A DNA stretch of 60,695 bases from an uncultured Candidatus Saccharibacteria bacterium (GTDB lineage: Bacteria; Patescibacteriota; Minisyncoccia; Phycocordibacterales; UBA918): assembly GCA_964608605.1 (NCBI GenBank), contig CAZSOS010000001.1:55193-115887 (forward strand). The letters run 5' to 3'. The first letter of the stretch is position 1. Every line of letters begins with the position of its first letter. The notes beneath the pieces were generated by a model. The model was given only the letters and a program-made list of their open reading frames with translations. It had not been told where the DNA came from and did no database searches. Positions 1 through 9,527 of this stretch are shown piece by piece. The position numbers and the translations under genes were made by a program.

Positions 1-1
1 G

Positions 2-319
2 CGAGACTGGATCCTGAAGGAGAAACCGGACGCGGCCGTCTTCTGGCATAGCCAGGCCAACGCCGTCTATGGCTCAGAATGCCGTGAAGGAATATTGCCC
101 GGGACCCTGGACGCCATGAACGCTTACGCCAAAGCCTCCGGCTACGCGGCGGTACCCGCGTTCACCAGCTATCCTGTCACCGGCGACGCGGAGGGCTGGC
201 TGGCCTCGATCGGCATTCCGGCCATCACCGTGGAGCTCCGGACCCACCAAACGGTGGAGTGGGAGCAGAATCTGGCCGGCGTCAAGGCCTTGTTCGCCCA
301 TTATGGTGGTTCGGACTGA
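2..319 (+). CDS. M14-family zinc carboxypeptidase, C-terminal part (5' truncated by window)
   Basis: Open frame from base 2: ...AAVFWHSQANAVY...GDAEGWLASIGIPAITVEL..., resembling the M14 H-S zinc ligand and the terminal TVE catalytic Glu. Confidence 0.65.
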   Translation, partial: RDWILKEKPDAAVFWHSQANAVYGSECREGILPGTLDAMNAYAKASGYAAVPAFTSYPVTGDAEGWLASIGIPAITVELRTHQTVEWEQNLAGVKALFAHYGGSD

Positions 320-345
320 CCTCCCATACTCTTTAACACAGGCCC

Positions 346-1569
346 ATGTCATCTAAACGAAACGTCTTTCTCTGGGTACTCTACGACTTCGCCAATTCGT
401 TCACGCAGATCGTTTTTCTGCTGTACTTCGCTCAATGGGTGGTGATAGAGCAGGGAGTAGCGGATATTTATTTCAATTTGGTGTTCGTGGCTTCAGCCGC
501 GTTGCTTTTACTCACGGCACCGGCGGCCGGAGCCTGGCTCGACGCCAAGCTCCGGCGGATCACTGGCCTGCGCTATTCGACCGTCGCCATGGCACTCTTG
601 TACGCCGCGACCGCGATCGCGGCGATAGCGGACCTGCCGACCATCGCCCTCTGCTTGTACGTCTTCGGTTTTTATTTCTTCCTGCTCACGTTTACGTTCT
701 ACACGCCGCTGATCTTCGACCTGGCTTCTCCGGAGAAACGCGGACGGGTGTCCGGCTACGGCGTAGCCGCCAATTTCGCCGGACAGATCGTGGCCCTCAT
801 AGCGGTCTTGCCGCTCTCAACCGGCGCGGTGTCCTTCTTTGGTAGCAGTCCACGGGCCGAGACTCTTCTACCGGCCGTGGCCGGATTCCTGCTCTTCGCG
901 CTTCCAATGCTTATTTGGTTCCGTGAGTCTTCCAAAGAAACCATCGTGCCGTTTAGCCTGGCCAACTTGCGGCAACAGACCAAAGCGCTTTTCCTCGCGC
1001 CCGGTATCGCACTCTTCCTGCTCGCTTACTTTTTGGCGAACGACGCGGTGCTGACGGTCAGCGTCAATTTTTCCATCTTTCTCGAAGCGGTCTGGGGCGT
1101 GTCTGATACCATCAAAACATTCCTCCTGCTCGGGATCCTGCTCGCTACCGCCGTCGGCGGCCTCTTCTCCGGCGTGCTGGCCGACCGCTTCGGACACAAG
1201 CGGTCGCTCGCGTACGTCCTCTCCGGCTGGCTGATCCTGCTGCCGCTCATGGCTATAACCACCGATTTCTCTTTGTACGTCGCGCTGGTCGTCTTGACCG
1301 GTTTGTGGCTAGGTGCGCACTGGGCGGTATCGCGTTCGGTGATGACCTACCTGGCGCCAGTAGGTCAGCGCAATCTGGCGTTCGCCTATTTCGGCATCAT
1401 GGAGCGAGCCTCTTCTTTTATCGGCCCGTTGGCCTGGGGACTTACCGTCAGCGGCTTAGTCCACCTTGGTCCTGACCGCTATCGTTTGGCCGTGGCGTTG
1501 ATGGCGGTGTTCATCGCGTTAGGACTTTTCACTCTCACCCGCGTGCGGAGCGACCGCGGTATTAACTGA
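346..1569 (+). CDS. MFS transporter (UMF1/Atg22-like)
   Basis: 407 aa, about 12 TM helices, WVLYDFANS N-terminal motif, G-x-L-A-D-R-x-G-x-K-R loop motif. Confidence 0.85.
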   Translation: MSSKRNVFLWVLYDFANSFTQIVFLLYFAQWVVIEQGVADIYFNLVFVASAALLLLTAPAAGAWLDAKLRRITGLRYSTVAMALLYAATAIAAIADLPTIALCLYVFGFYFFLLTFTFYTPLIFDLASPEKRGRVSGYGVAANFAGQIVALIAVLPLSTGAVSFFGSSPRAETLLPAVAGFLLFALPMLIWFRESSKETIVPFSLANLRQQTKALFLAPGIALFLLAYFLANDAVLTVSVNFSIFLEAVWGVSDTIKTFLLLGILLATAVGGLFSGVLADRFGHKRSLAYVLSGWLILLPLMAITTDFSLYVALVVLTGLWLGAHWAVSRSVMTYLAPVGQRNLAFAYFGIMERASSFIGPLAWGLTVSGLVHLGPDRYRLAVALMAVFIALGLFTLTRVRSDRGIN

Positions 1570-1799
1570 GCGATCTTCAAAACGGTAGTGAAGGTAAAGA
1601 AGTTATAAATCTACAGAATCTCTTTATGGATCGTGGTTACTAAATTACTCCTGGAGCAACGGGCTTCTTTGTAAGCTATACGCAAAGTACTCTCGCTGCC
1701 TATCAGTCTGATGATGGAATCACTTCGTCAGCCGGTTACTTTGGCTGTATCACTCGCGCTCAGATGAAATCTGTGGGCCTACCAGGACTGTGATGGTAG
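1569..1799 (+). pseudogene. Degenerate remnant of the C-terminal peptidoglycan-binding domain of a surface protein
   Basis: Translates SDLQNGSEGKEVINLQNLFMDRGY*ITPGATGFF...AAYQ...AGYFGCITRAQMKSVGLPGL*W*, collinear with the C-terminus of 2639..5077. In-frame TAA at 1641 and TGA at 1791; no start codon. Confidence 0.85.
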
Positions 1800-1839
1800 A
1801 CAGAAGTTAAAAACAACGGCGTCTAAAGCGCCGCTGTTC

Positions 1840-2496
1840 TTAATCTACTAACTGTTTAAGCTTTCGTAGATCGATTATCGATATACTTTTAGTGGCAAGT
1901 TTAATAAAGCCCGCTTTCTCAAGTTTGCGCAGAACGACATTAGTACTCTCTCGAGTAGTGTGCAGGAAGTCGGCGGCGGTCTCTTGTTTGATCGGTACAA
2001 ATATATTGACACCCCTGCCTGACTTATTCCCGTAGTACTTAGCCATGAAAAGCAGCCACCGCACGCACTTAAGGTAAAGACCCTTCTCTCCTTGGTATAC
2101 CACTCTATCGATCAAGAATATCTGATTTCTTAAAGTCATATTCATATATTCTTCCATCAAATCAGGGTGTCTGCGCAAGAACGAACGAAATTTATTAGAC
2201 TTCATCCTGAGGGTGGTCAAGTTGGTGGTGGCCGTGTAGGAGATCGAGCCGTCTGGGTTATTTATGAATGAACCGCTCTTGGCAAATATTGCTCCGGGGA
2301 CAAAGTAGCCAATGATCCTATTAGTCCCATCGGGGAGGGTAAAAGAGACCTTTACTAGACCCTTTTCAAGAAAAAATACCCAATCAGAGTCGTCTTGGCT
2401 CCAGACCAGGTGCTGGTCTTTCTCGTATTTTATTCGCTGTCCTTGTTCCAGAAAAAGGTATTCAAGATCCTTAGAATATTGGAAAAAATCCGACAT
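1840..2496 (-). CDS. Crp/Fnr-family transcriptional regulator
   Basis: cNMP-binding-like beta-roll (FFLEKGLVKV, GYFVPGAIF) and C-terminal HTH (QETAADFLHTTRESTNVVLRKL). Start moved to ATG at 2496. Confidence 0.9.
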   Translation of the reverse strand: MSDFFQYSKDLEYLFLEQGQRIKYEKDQHLVWSQDDSDWVFFLEKGLVKVSFTLPDGTNRIIGYFVPGAIFAKSGSFINNPDGSISYTATTNLTTLRMKSNKFRSFLRRHPDLMEEYMNMTLRNQIFLIDRVVYQGEKGLYLKCVRWLLFMAKYYGNKSGRGVNIFVPIKQETAADFLHTTRESTNVVLRKLEKAGFIKLATKSISIIDLRKLKQLVD

Positions 2497-2528
2497 ATGT
2501 GGATAAGTGTACCGGGACAATCAATTTT

Positions 2529-2544
2529 TGTGAAGTTTATTACA
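2529..2544. promoter_or_regulatory. CRP-type operator TGTGA-N6-TTACA (site 1)
   Basis: TGTGAAGTTTATTACA between the divergent Crp-family gene and surface-protein gene. Confidence 0.6.
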
Positions 2545-2586
2545 TTAAATTTATCGAATGACTTACTAAAAGAGCTATAGGTAATT

Positions 2587-2602
2587 TGTGATATTTATTA
2601 CA
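2587..2602. promoter_or_regulatory. CRP-type operator TGTGA-N6-TTACA (site 2)
   Basis: TGTGATATTTATTACA, same half-sites as site 1, 58 bp away. Confidence 0.6.
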
Positions 2603-2638
2603 ATATAAAGATTACTTTGAAGATAACTGTATTTAAAA

Positions 2639-5077
2639 ATGAGAAAGCTTACTAGCAGTCTGTCCGCATTTATTTTAATCACTGTTTTGGTGTTAGGGCC
2701 GGTGCCTTTTGCATTGCCTAAAATTGCAAATGCCGACACGCCCGATAGCGGTCTGATTGGTAACGTCATCAATATCTACGAATCCTATGTTGAAGATGCG
2801 AGTGTAAAGCTATCGTGTACCGATAGTTGGTATACGCTTGGATATACCGATATCGATGGTAACTACGAATTCACCATAGAAGATATTCTTGGATTTTTTG
2901 GAGACTCAGGATGTGAAGATGGTAGTCAGCTCCGCATTACTATTGAGAAAGAACACTACTATCCGATAGAGGAGCAAGTGGTAGCAACCATTAACTTTGC
3001 TGCTGCTAACGCGGAAACACTTGGAGAATGGGCGGAATGGTATTTCAATACGCTTCGTACGCATAGCTTTGTGTCAACACCGCGTCCAGCGGGGTGGTAT
3101 GGAGAGGTGATTGATGATGATACCTACGAGCCCATTGCGGGAGCAACACTTACTGTGTCATGTAGCACGCAAGATAGCTCACGAGTTATTGCGACTTCAA
3201 GCGAAGACGGAACCTATGAAATAACACAAAATCAATTTGTAGCGCAGTTGAATAGTATTGGGTGTTACTACGACAATAGCTTTGATGTGGTGGTGGTTGC
3301 GTCCTATGATGGATACGAGGATGATCTCTATACCGAGTCGAACGTGAGCGGAAGTGATATGGGTGCGTCATTCGACGAGCCTATGGAAGTGTCGTTCTAC
3401 TTGTATCCAGAGCCTATCGACCCGGCAACCTACTACGCAGAAGGTGACGGCTCAGAGAATAACCCATTCATTGTTGATACAGTTGAGCGATTTGAAGGTA
3501 TGGGAGATTTTCCTGAGTATGCGGAAGGTATCTACTTTGCACTCGATGTAGATATTACTTTAGGCGAGGAAGAAGGGTATATTGGCAACTTCTCAGGAGT
3601 ATTTGACGGGCGCAATCATACGATAACAGGGAATGACAGATCGTTGTTTGGTCGCCTCCAAGATGATGCGGTAGTGAAAAATCTCTTGATTGATACTGTC
3701 ATCCACTATGACTATTCAGAGAGTAATATCGGTATTTTGACTGGAAGAATGGAAGGGCAATCATATGTCGAGAATGTGCACGCGTCAGGGTCAATCAACG
3801 TAGAGTGTGGTTTCTCGGTGTGTGATCGTATTGGTGGTTTGGTAGGAGAAATGTCAGGTACTTCACGTATCTACCGCTCAAGCTCAAGTGCGGATTTGTT
3901 AAGTTCTGGTGACAACGTCTTTGCTTCTGGCGGTCTTGTTGGGTTCATGAATGGTGGAAGTATTGAGCAGTCATACGCAACCGGAGATGTGTATGCGGTA
4001 AGTGGCGCGGGCGGTCTTGTCGGCTCGGTAAATGGCACGCCAGAAACAACACGGGTGATTGACTCTTATGCCACAGGAAATGTATATACGCGAGGTCAAT
4101 ACTATAGCACCGCGGCGGGATTTGTAGGTGAGCTTGGGGGAGGTCTTGTTATGCGTTCGTACTCAACCGGTTCGGTCTTTGCGTCCACCACTCCGGCAGG
4201 AGGATTCGTTGGTGAGGTAAATAGCGAAGATGCGGTTATTGCGAATTCATTTTCAATTGCTTCGGAGGTGGAAGGAAATGGAGAAGTGGGTGGGTTCATG
4301 GGCTCTATCTACGCTGGTGAGGTTCGAAACAGCGCATGGCTTCGAGAGATCGGTAAAGATGCGGTTGGATTTGTAGACGGGGGTAGTGCCTGTGGTCTTA
4401 ATGGTCCACTTGATCTGCTTATGAGTGATGCGCCCTGTAATTTTGGGTACGACATTGGCACGCTTGATGAGTTCAAACATAACGGGTATGGCGGAGTAAT
4501 GGCACCAATGTATCTCGACGGCGAAGATTCATGGGACTTCGGTAACGTGTGGGGATTTGACGAGGATATTAACAATGGCTTGCCGTATCTTTTATGGGGA
4601 ACTGACTGGGAGCCTGACGATAATGAGGTGGTGACCCCACCAACTTCTGGAGGAAGTAGTACATCAGGTGGCCGTGGTTCTGGTATGGCTCGAGCGGTAC
4701 AGGCAGTGGCAAGCGGAGATATCGTGGCGCTATTGGCTCAGATAAATATTCTGATAGCTCAGCATATTGCGCGCGGTGGTGAAATGACTTCCCTGATGCA
4801 AGCTTTCTTGGCTGCTAATAATTCCACAAGAAATAACAGCCAGGCTCGTGACTTAGATGTTGGTTCAGTCGGAGACGATGTCAAAGCCCTGCAGAACGTC
4901 TTGATCAGCCAAGGATACTCGATTCCGGCGGGAGCGACCGGTCTTTTCCAAAACCAGACCCGAGCTGCTTTATCAGCTTATCAAGCGGCCAACAATATCG
5001 ATCCAGCGGTCGGCTATTTCGGCTCGATCACGCGAGCTTTCATGAAGTCCGCGGGCCTGGCGGGGTTGTGGTGGTAG
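2639..5077 (+). CDS. Secreted surface protein with GLUG repeats and C-terminal peptidoglycan-binding domain
   Basis: Signal peptide, repeated GGLVG/GGFVG motifs, Ser/Gly linker, DLDVGSVGDDVKALQ...GYFGSITRA tail. Confidence 0.85.
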   Translation: MRKLTSSLSAFILITVLVLGPVPFALPKIANADTPDSGLIGNVINIYESYVEDASVKLSCTDSWYTLGYTDIDGNYEFTIEDILGFFGDSGCEDGSQLRITIEKEHYYPIEEQVVATINFAAANAETLGEWAEWYFNTLRTHSFVSTPRPAGWYGEVIDDDTYEPIAGATLTVSCSTQDSSRVIATSSEDGTYEITQNQFVAQLNSIGCYYDNSFDVVVVASYDGYEDDLYTESNVSGSDMGASFDEPMEVSFYLYPEPIDPATYYAEGDGSENNPFIVDTVERFEGMGDFPEYAEGIYFALDVDITLGEEEGYIGNFSGVFDGRNHTITGNDRSLFGRLQDDAVVKNLLIDTVIHYDYSESNIGILTGRMEGQSYVENVHASGSINVECGFSVCDRIGGLVGEMSGTSRIYRSSSSADLLSSGDNVFASGGLVGFMNGGSIEQSYATGDVYAVSGAGGLVGSVNGTPETTRVIDSYATGNVYTRGQYYSTAAGFVGELGGGLVMRSYSTGSVFASTTPAGGFVGEVNSEDAVIANSFSIASEVEGNGEVGGFMGSIYAGEVRNSAWLREIGKDAVGFVDGGSACGLNGPLDLLMSDAPCNFGYDIGTLDEFKHNGYGGVMAPMYLDGEDSWDFGNVWGFDEDINNGLPYLLWGTDWEPDDNEVVTPPTSGGSSTSGGRGSGMARAVQAVASGDIVALLAQINILIAQHIARGGEMTSLMQAFLAANNSTRNNSQARDLDVGSVGDDVKALQNVLISQGYSIPAGATGLFQNQTRAALSAYQAANNIDPAVGYFGSITRAFMKSAGLAGLWW

Positions 5078-5090
5078 GAAGTTAAAAACA

Positions 5091-5119
5091 AAACAGCGGC
5101 GCCGAAGGCGCCGCTGTTT
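5091..5119. terminator. Bidirectional intrinsic terminator
   Basis: 13-bp stem AAACAGCGGCGCC/GGCGCCGCTGTTT with GAA loop, between convergent genes. Confidence 0.8.
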
Positions 5120-5132
5120 CGTGATATGGGGT

Positions 5133-6398
<1,266 letters not shown>

Positions 6399-6519
6399 TA
6401 TGTTGTCTTAGGGGAAACGCTGGGTTTCCGGGCATGCGGGAGAATAAATTCAGGGAAAAGCGAGCGCCTTTCCGTATCACGAGCCTCCGCATCCCACATT
6501 AGTGCCAAAGCTTTATTTA

Positions 6520-6548
6520 AGTATAGCATGTATCTGTTTTAGAGTCAA
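6520..6548 (-). promoter_or_regulatory. Sigma70 promoter of the helicase (TTGACT-17-TATACT)
   Basis: -35 at 6548-6543 and -10 at 6525-6520 on the minus strand, 17-bp spacer. Confidence 0.7.
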
Positions 6549-6607
6549 GTACAAAGCCGGCCCGGATGATTCTTCTGGCCGCCGACATCGGGTTATACTA
6601 AGGCCCA

Positions 6608-7216
6608 ATGACCGAGGCCATAGTGAGTTTCATGAGCGAATACGGCTACGCGGCCGTCTTTCTGCTGATGGTGGTGGAGAACGTGTTTCCGCCCATTCCT
6701 TCCGAGGTCATCTTGCCTTACGTCGGACATCTGGCGGCGATCGGCGAGCTGGAGCTGCTGCCGGCCTTGGCCACGGCCGTGGCCGGCTCCTTCGTCGGCA
6801 CGTCCTTCTGGTTCGTCTTCGGCTGGGTGATGTCGGTCGACCGGCTGCGCCGATTCTTCACCCGATACGGTGGCTACGTGGCCATCACGGTCAAGGATTT
6901 CGATCAGGGAGCGCGCTTCTTCGAGAAGTACGACAAGGTGGCCGTCTTTTTCGGGCGCATGATCCCGGCCGTGCGGTCGGTCATTTCCGTTCCGGCCGGT
7001 TCCGTCCACATGCCGCCGCGTTCCTTCGCGCTCATCTCGCTGGCCGGCATCCTGATCTGGAACACTCTTCTCATCTCCATCGGCTATCTGGTCTTGACCG
7101 ACGTTCACCTGGTCGAACGCTACGTCGATCCCGTGGCCGACCTAGTGCTGTTCTTTTTCATCGTCGCTTACCTGGTGCAGGTAGCGCGCTTCATCATGGG
7201 ACGGAAGCGTGATTAG
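6608..7216 (+). CDS. DedA-family membrane protein
   Basis: ENVFPPIPSEVILP, FFGRMIPAVRSVISVPAG. Confidence 0.92.
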   Translation: MTEAIVSFMSEYGYAAVFLLMVVENVFPPIPSEVILPYVGHLAAIGELELLPALATAVAGSFVGTSFWFVFGWVMSVDRLRRFFTRYGGYVAITVKDFDQGARFFEKYDKVAVFFGRMIPAVRSVISVPAGSVHMPPRSFALISLAGILIWNTLLISIGYLVLTDVHLVERYVDPVADLVLFFFIVAYLVQVARFIMGRKRD

Positions 7217-7237
7217 CTTCGTGTTAAAATAACGATC

Positions 7238-7378
7238 ATGAAGATCCCGTCAGGAAATTGGCTCGCCATCGGCATCGCTCTGGGAACCGCGATCGGAGTG
7301 GCCATGGACAATATCGCGCTAGGCATCGCGTTCGGCACCGTGATCGGCGCGTTGCTTGATTCGCTAAGCCGCAAATGA
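7238..7378 (+). CDS. Small (46 aa) Gly/Ala-rich membrane protein, absent from the ORF track
   Basis: MKIPSGNWLAIGIALGTAIGVAMDNIALGIAFGTVIGALLDSLSRK*. GxxxG-rich; TGA overlaps the next ATG. Confidence 0.7.
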   Translation: MKIPSGNWLAIGIALGTAIGVAMDNIALGIAFGTVIGALLDSLSRK

Positions 7379-7668
7379 TGAACATTAAAGAATTGGATCC
7401 GAACGACCGGAATGACGACGCGCTTGAATTGGAAGAGCGGGAGCTCAAGCATCTGGCCAACATCGAACAGGAGCTCGGAGAGCTGAAGGACAAGGTGCCA
7501 GGACCGCCGCGAGCGTTCTTAAACGGCATCCTGCAAGGCATGGGGGTGGTGCTGGGCTCCATCTTGGCCTTGGCGCTGCTTGGTTGGCTGTTGTCTTTCT
7601 TCGGACTGATTCCCGGTTTCGGGCAGATCACCGGCTACCTGGAGGGCTTAGTGGACAGATACGAATAG
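7375..7668 (+). CDS. Hypothetical membrane protein (DUF5665-like)
   Basis: 97 aa; FLNGILQGMGVVLG followed by a TM segment. Confidence 0.6.
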   Translation: MMNIKELDPNDRNDDALELEERELKHLANIEQELGELKDKVPGPPRAFLNGILQGMGVVLGSILALALLGWLLSFFGLIPGFGQITGYLEGLVDRYE

Positions 7669-7725
7669 ACAGGCTCCTCTCCAGGATGCCCGACCGCCGG
7701 CTCATAAAATGATATAATGGAGGCC

Positions 7726-8496
7726 ATGAATACCAAGATCATCATCGCGGTCCTGGCCGCCTTAGCCGTCGTCGGCGTCGCTTCGTGGTTCGTCTTTTAT
7801 CGAGAGCAAGATGTGGTGGCCGAGAATGACGCCGTCAGCCACACTTTCGTCAGCGAAACCGAAGGATCGATGACCGTGTCCTTCGATAACGAGGCGGCCA
7901 CCGCCACCATGACCGGCGCCGGTTACTCCGATATAACTTTCACCCAAGCTATTTCTGCCTCGGGCGCGCGTTACGTGAACGAAGAGCTTGATCTGGTGCT
8001 CTGGAACAAAGGTAACGAGGTGACTCTTTATAAGGGAGAGGAGCCGGTCTTCGTTGGTACCACTAAGGCGGCTTCGAGCGATGTCGAAGAAGTGGAAGAG
8101 GAGGAAGGCGATAACACTCCGGTAGTTCCGAGCACTCCTGACCACACCCGTCCCGTGTCTTTGGAGGGCTCTTCCTGGTCCTGGGTCCGCACCGACCTAC
8201 ACGATGGCACGCGCGTCGAGGCGCCCGCCGGCGACAAGTTCATCCTCTCCTTCGACGGTTCGGGCCGGGTGTCCAGCCGTACCGATTGTAATGGTCTTGG
8301 CGGCAATTACGTCGTCGATGGCGAGGTCCTAAGTATGGGGCAGTTCATCTCCACTTTGATGTACTGCGAAGGTTCCCTGGAAGGAGTGTATGGCGAACAG
8401 CTCGGCCTCGTCAATTCCTACGTCATCGAGGGCGGCACCCTTCGGCTCAATTTAAACCGCGATCACGGCACCATGATCTTTAAACGTCATCAATAA
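7726..8496 (+). CDS. Membrane-anchored protein with MliC-like and META domains
   Basis: N-terminal TM; QAISASGARY...LWNKG (MliC-like); TDCNGLGGNY...STLMYC (META). Start set 7 nt after TATAAT (7713-7718). Confidence 0.8.
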   Translation: MNTKIIIAVLAALAVVGVASWFVFYREQDVVAENDAVSHTFVSETEGSMTVSFDNEAATATMTGAGYSDITFTQAISASGARYVNEELDLVLWNKGNEVTLYKGEEPVFVGTTKAASSDVEEVEEEEGDNTPVVPSTPDHTRPVSLEGSSWSWVRTDLHDGTRVEAPAGDKFILSFDGSGRVSSRTDCNGLGGNYVVDGEVLSMGQFISTLMYCEGSLEGVYGEQLGLVNSYVIEGGTLRLNLNRDHGTMIFKRHQ

Positions 8497-8508
8497 CTTC
8501 TTTCTTCT

Positions 8509-9096
8509 ATGATCCGCAATATCATCATCGTTATCCTCTTCGCTCTCGTTTTACTAGCTGGCTTGGCCTTCGCCTTTGGATACGGTCCTTTCGTTAGGGA
8601 GAATCGGGACGAAGGCGCCGCCGTCTCGGTCGAAGACATCCTGTCCTTCGAGGACTGTGAAGCCGCCGGACTGCCGGTCATGGAGAGTTACCCGCGGCAA
8701 TGCCGCACGCCGGACGGCCGCCTCTTCGCCGAGGAGATAAAGGTCGAACCGACCTATGAGAACGCCAGCGCTGATCTCATCGTCGTCGATAACCCGCACC
8801 CTGGCGGCGTTACTGGCAAGGAATTCGTCATCGTTGGACAGGCCCGCGGCCAGTGGTTCTTCGAAGGTTCTTTCCCTATCGAAGTGATCGGTGCCGACGG
8901 CAACCAGATCGCTGGCTCTTTCGCCACCGCCGAAGGTGAGTGGATGACCACCGACTTCGTCCGTTTCAAGTCGGAGACTCTCGACCTGCCCTCAGCTTAT
9001 CGCGGTCCGGCCACTTTGATCTTGCGACGCCATAATGCCTCGGGATTACCCGAACACGACGCTTCCATCTCCATCCCGATAGTAGTGGAATACTAG
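8509..9096 (+). CDS. Gmad2 immunoglobulin-like domain protein
   Basis: SFEDCEAAGLPVMESYPRQC, GQARGQWFFEGSFP, NASGLPE. Confidence 0.75.
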   Translation: MIRNIIIVILFALVLLAGLAFAFGYGPFVRENRDEGAAVSVEDILSFEDCEAAGLPVMESYPRQCRTPDGRLFAEEIKVEPTYENASADLIVVDNPHPGGVTGKEFVIVGQARGQWFFEGSFPIEVIGADGNQIAGSFATAEGEWMTTDFVRFKSETLDLPSAYRGPATLILRRHNASGLPEHDASISIPIVVEY

Positions 9097-9109
9097 TCAG
9101 ACTGGTATA
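9089..9109. repeat. 21-bp near-palindrome AATACTAGTCAGACTGGTATA (copy 1)
   Basis: Identical to 28868-28888; 9-1-9 dyad with one mismatch. Confidence 0.85.
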
Positions 9110-9111
9110 AA

Positions 9112-9426
9112 ATGCGGGGAAGGACTTTTAGTGAAAGGGTGGTGGAACTGGCGTTGACGATCCCTCCCGGTCGCGTTACTACCTACGGCGACCTGGCCCG
9201 CGCCGCTGGCGGCACGCCGATGACGGCCCAGAGCGTCAGTCCGATACTGAGCAAAGCCGCCCGCTCTGGGGTGAAGGGAATTCCGTGGCATCGGATAGTC
9301 TATAGCGGCGGCAAGGTTTGGATCGACGACGAGCATCGGGAAGAACGGATGAAGCTCTACAAAAGGGAGAAGATCGAGATCGACGATCAGGGTCGGGTGG
9401 TCGATTTCGAGGACATCCGCTTTTGA
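9112..9426 (+). CDS. Alkyltransferase-like protein (ATL, MGMT DNA-binding fold)
   Basis: IPPGRVTTYGDLA and PWHRIV (Trp in place of the catalytic Cys of PCHR). Confidence 0.88.
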   Translation: MRGRTFSERVVELALTIPPGRVTTYGDLARAAGGTPMTAQSVSPILSKAARSGVKGIPWHRIVYSGGKVWIDDEHREERMKLYKREKIEIDDQGRVVDFEDIRF

Positions 9427-9430
9427 CTGA

Positions 9431-9464
9431 TTCTTCATGATATCGTTGGAGATATCATGAAGAA
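9431..9464. repeat. Perfect 14-6-14 dyad TTCTTCATGATATC-GTTGGA-GATATCATGAAGAA
   Basis: Directly visible; same core as the three sites at 20760-20949. Confidence 0.85.
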
Positions 9465-9484
9465 CTGGTTCAGATGGGATATGG

Positions 9485-9523
9485 AAACCCGCCGCCGGAC
9501 CTTCGGTCCGGCGGCGGGTTTTT
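9485..9523. terminator. Bidirectional intrinsic terminator
   Basis: 17-bp GC-rich stem followed by a T tract, between convergent genes. Confidence 0.85.
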
Positions 9524-9527
9524 ATGA

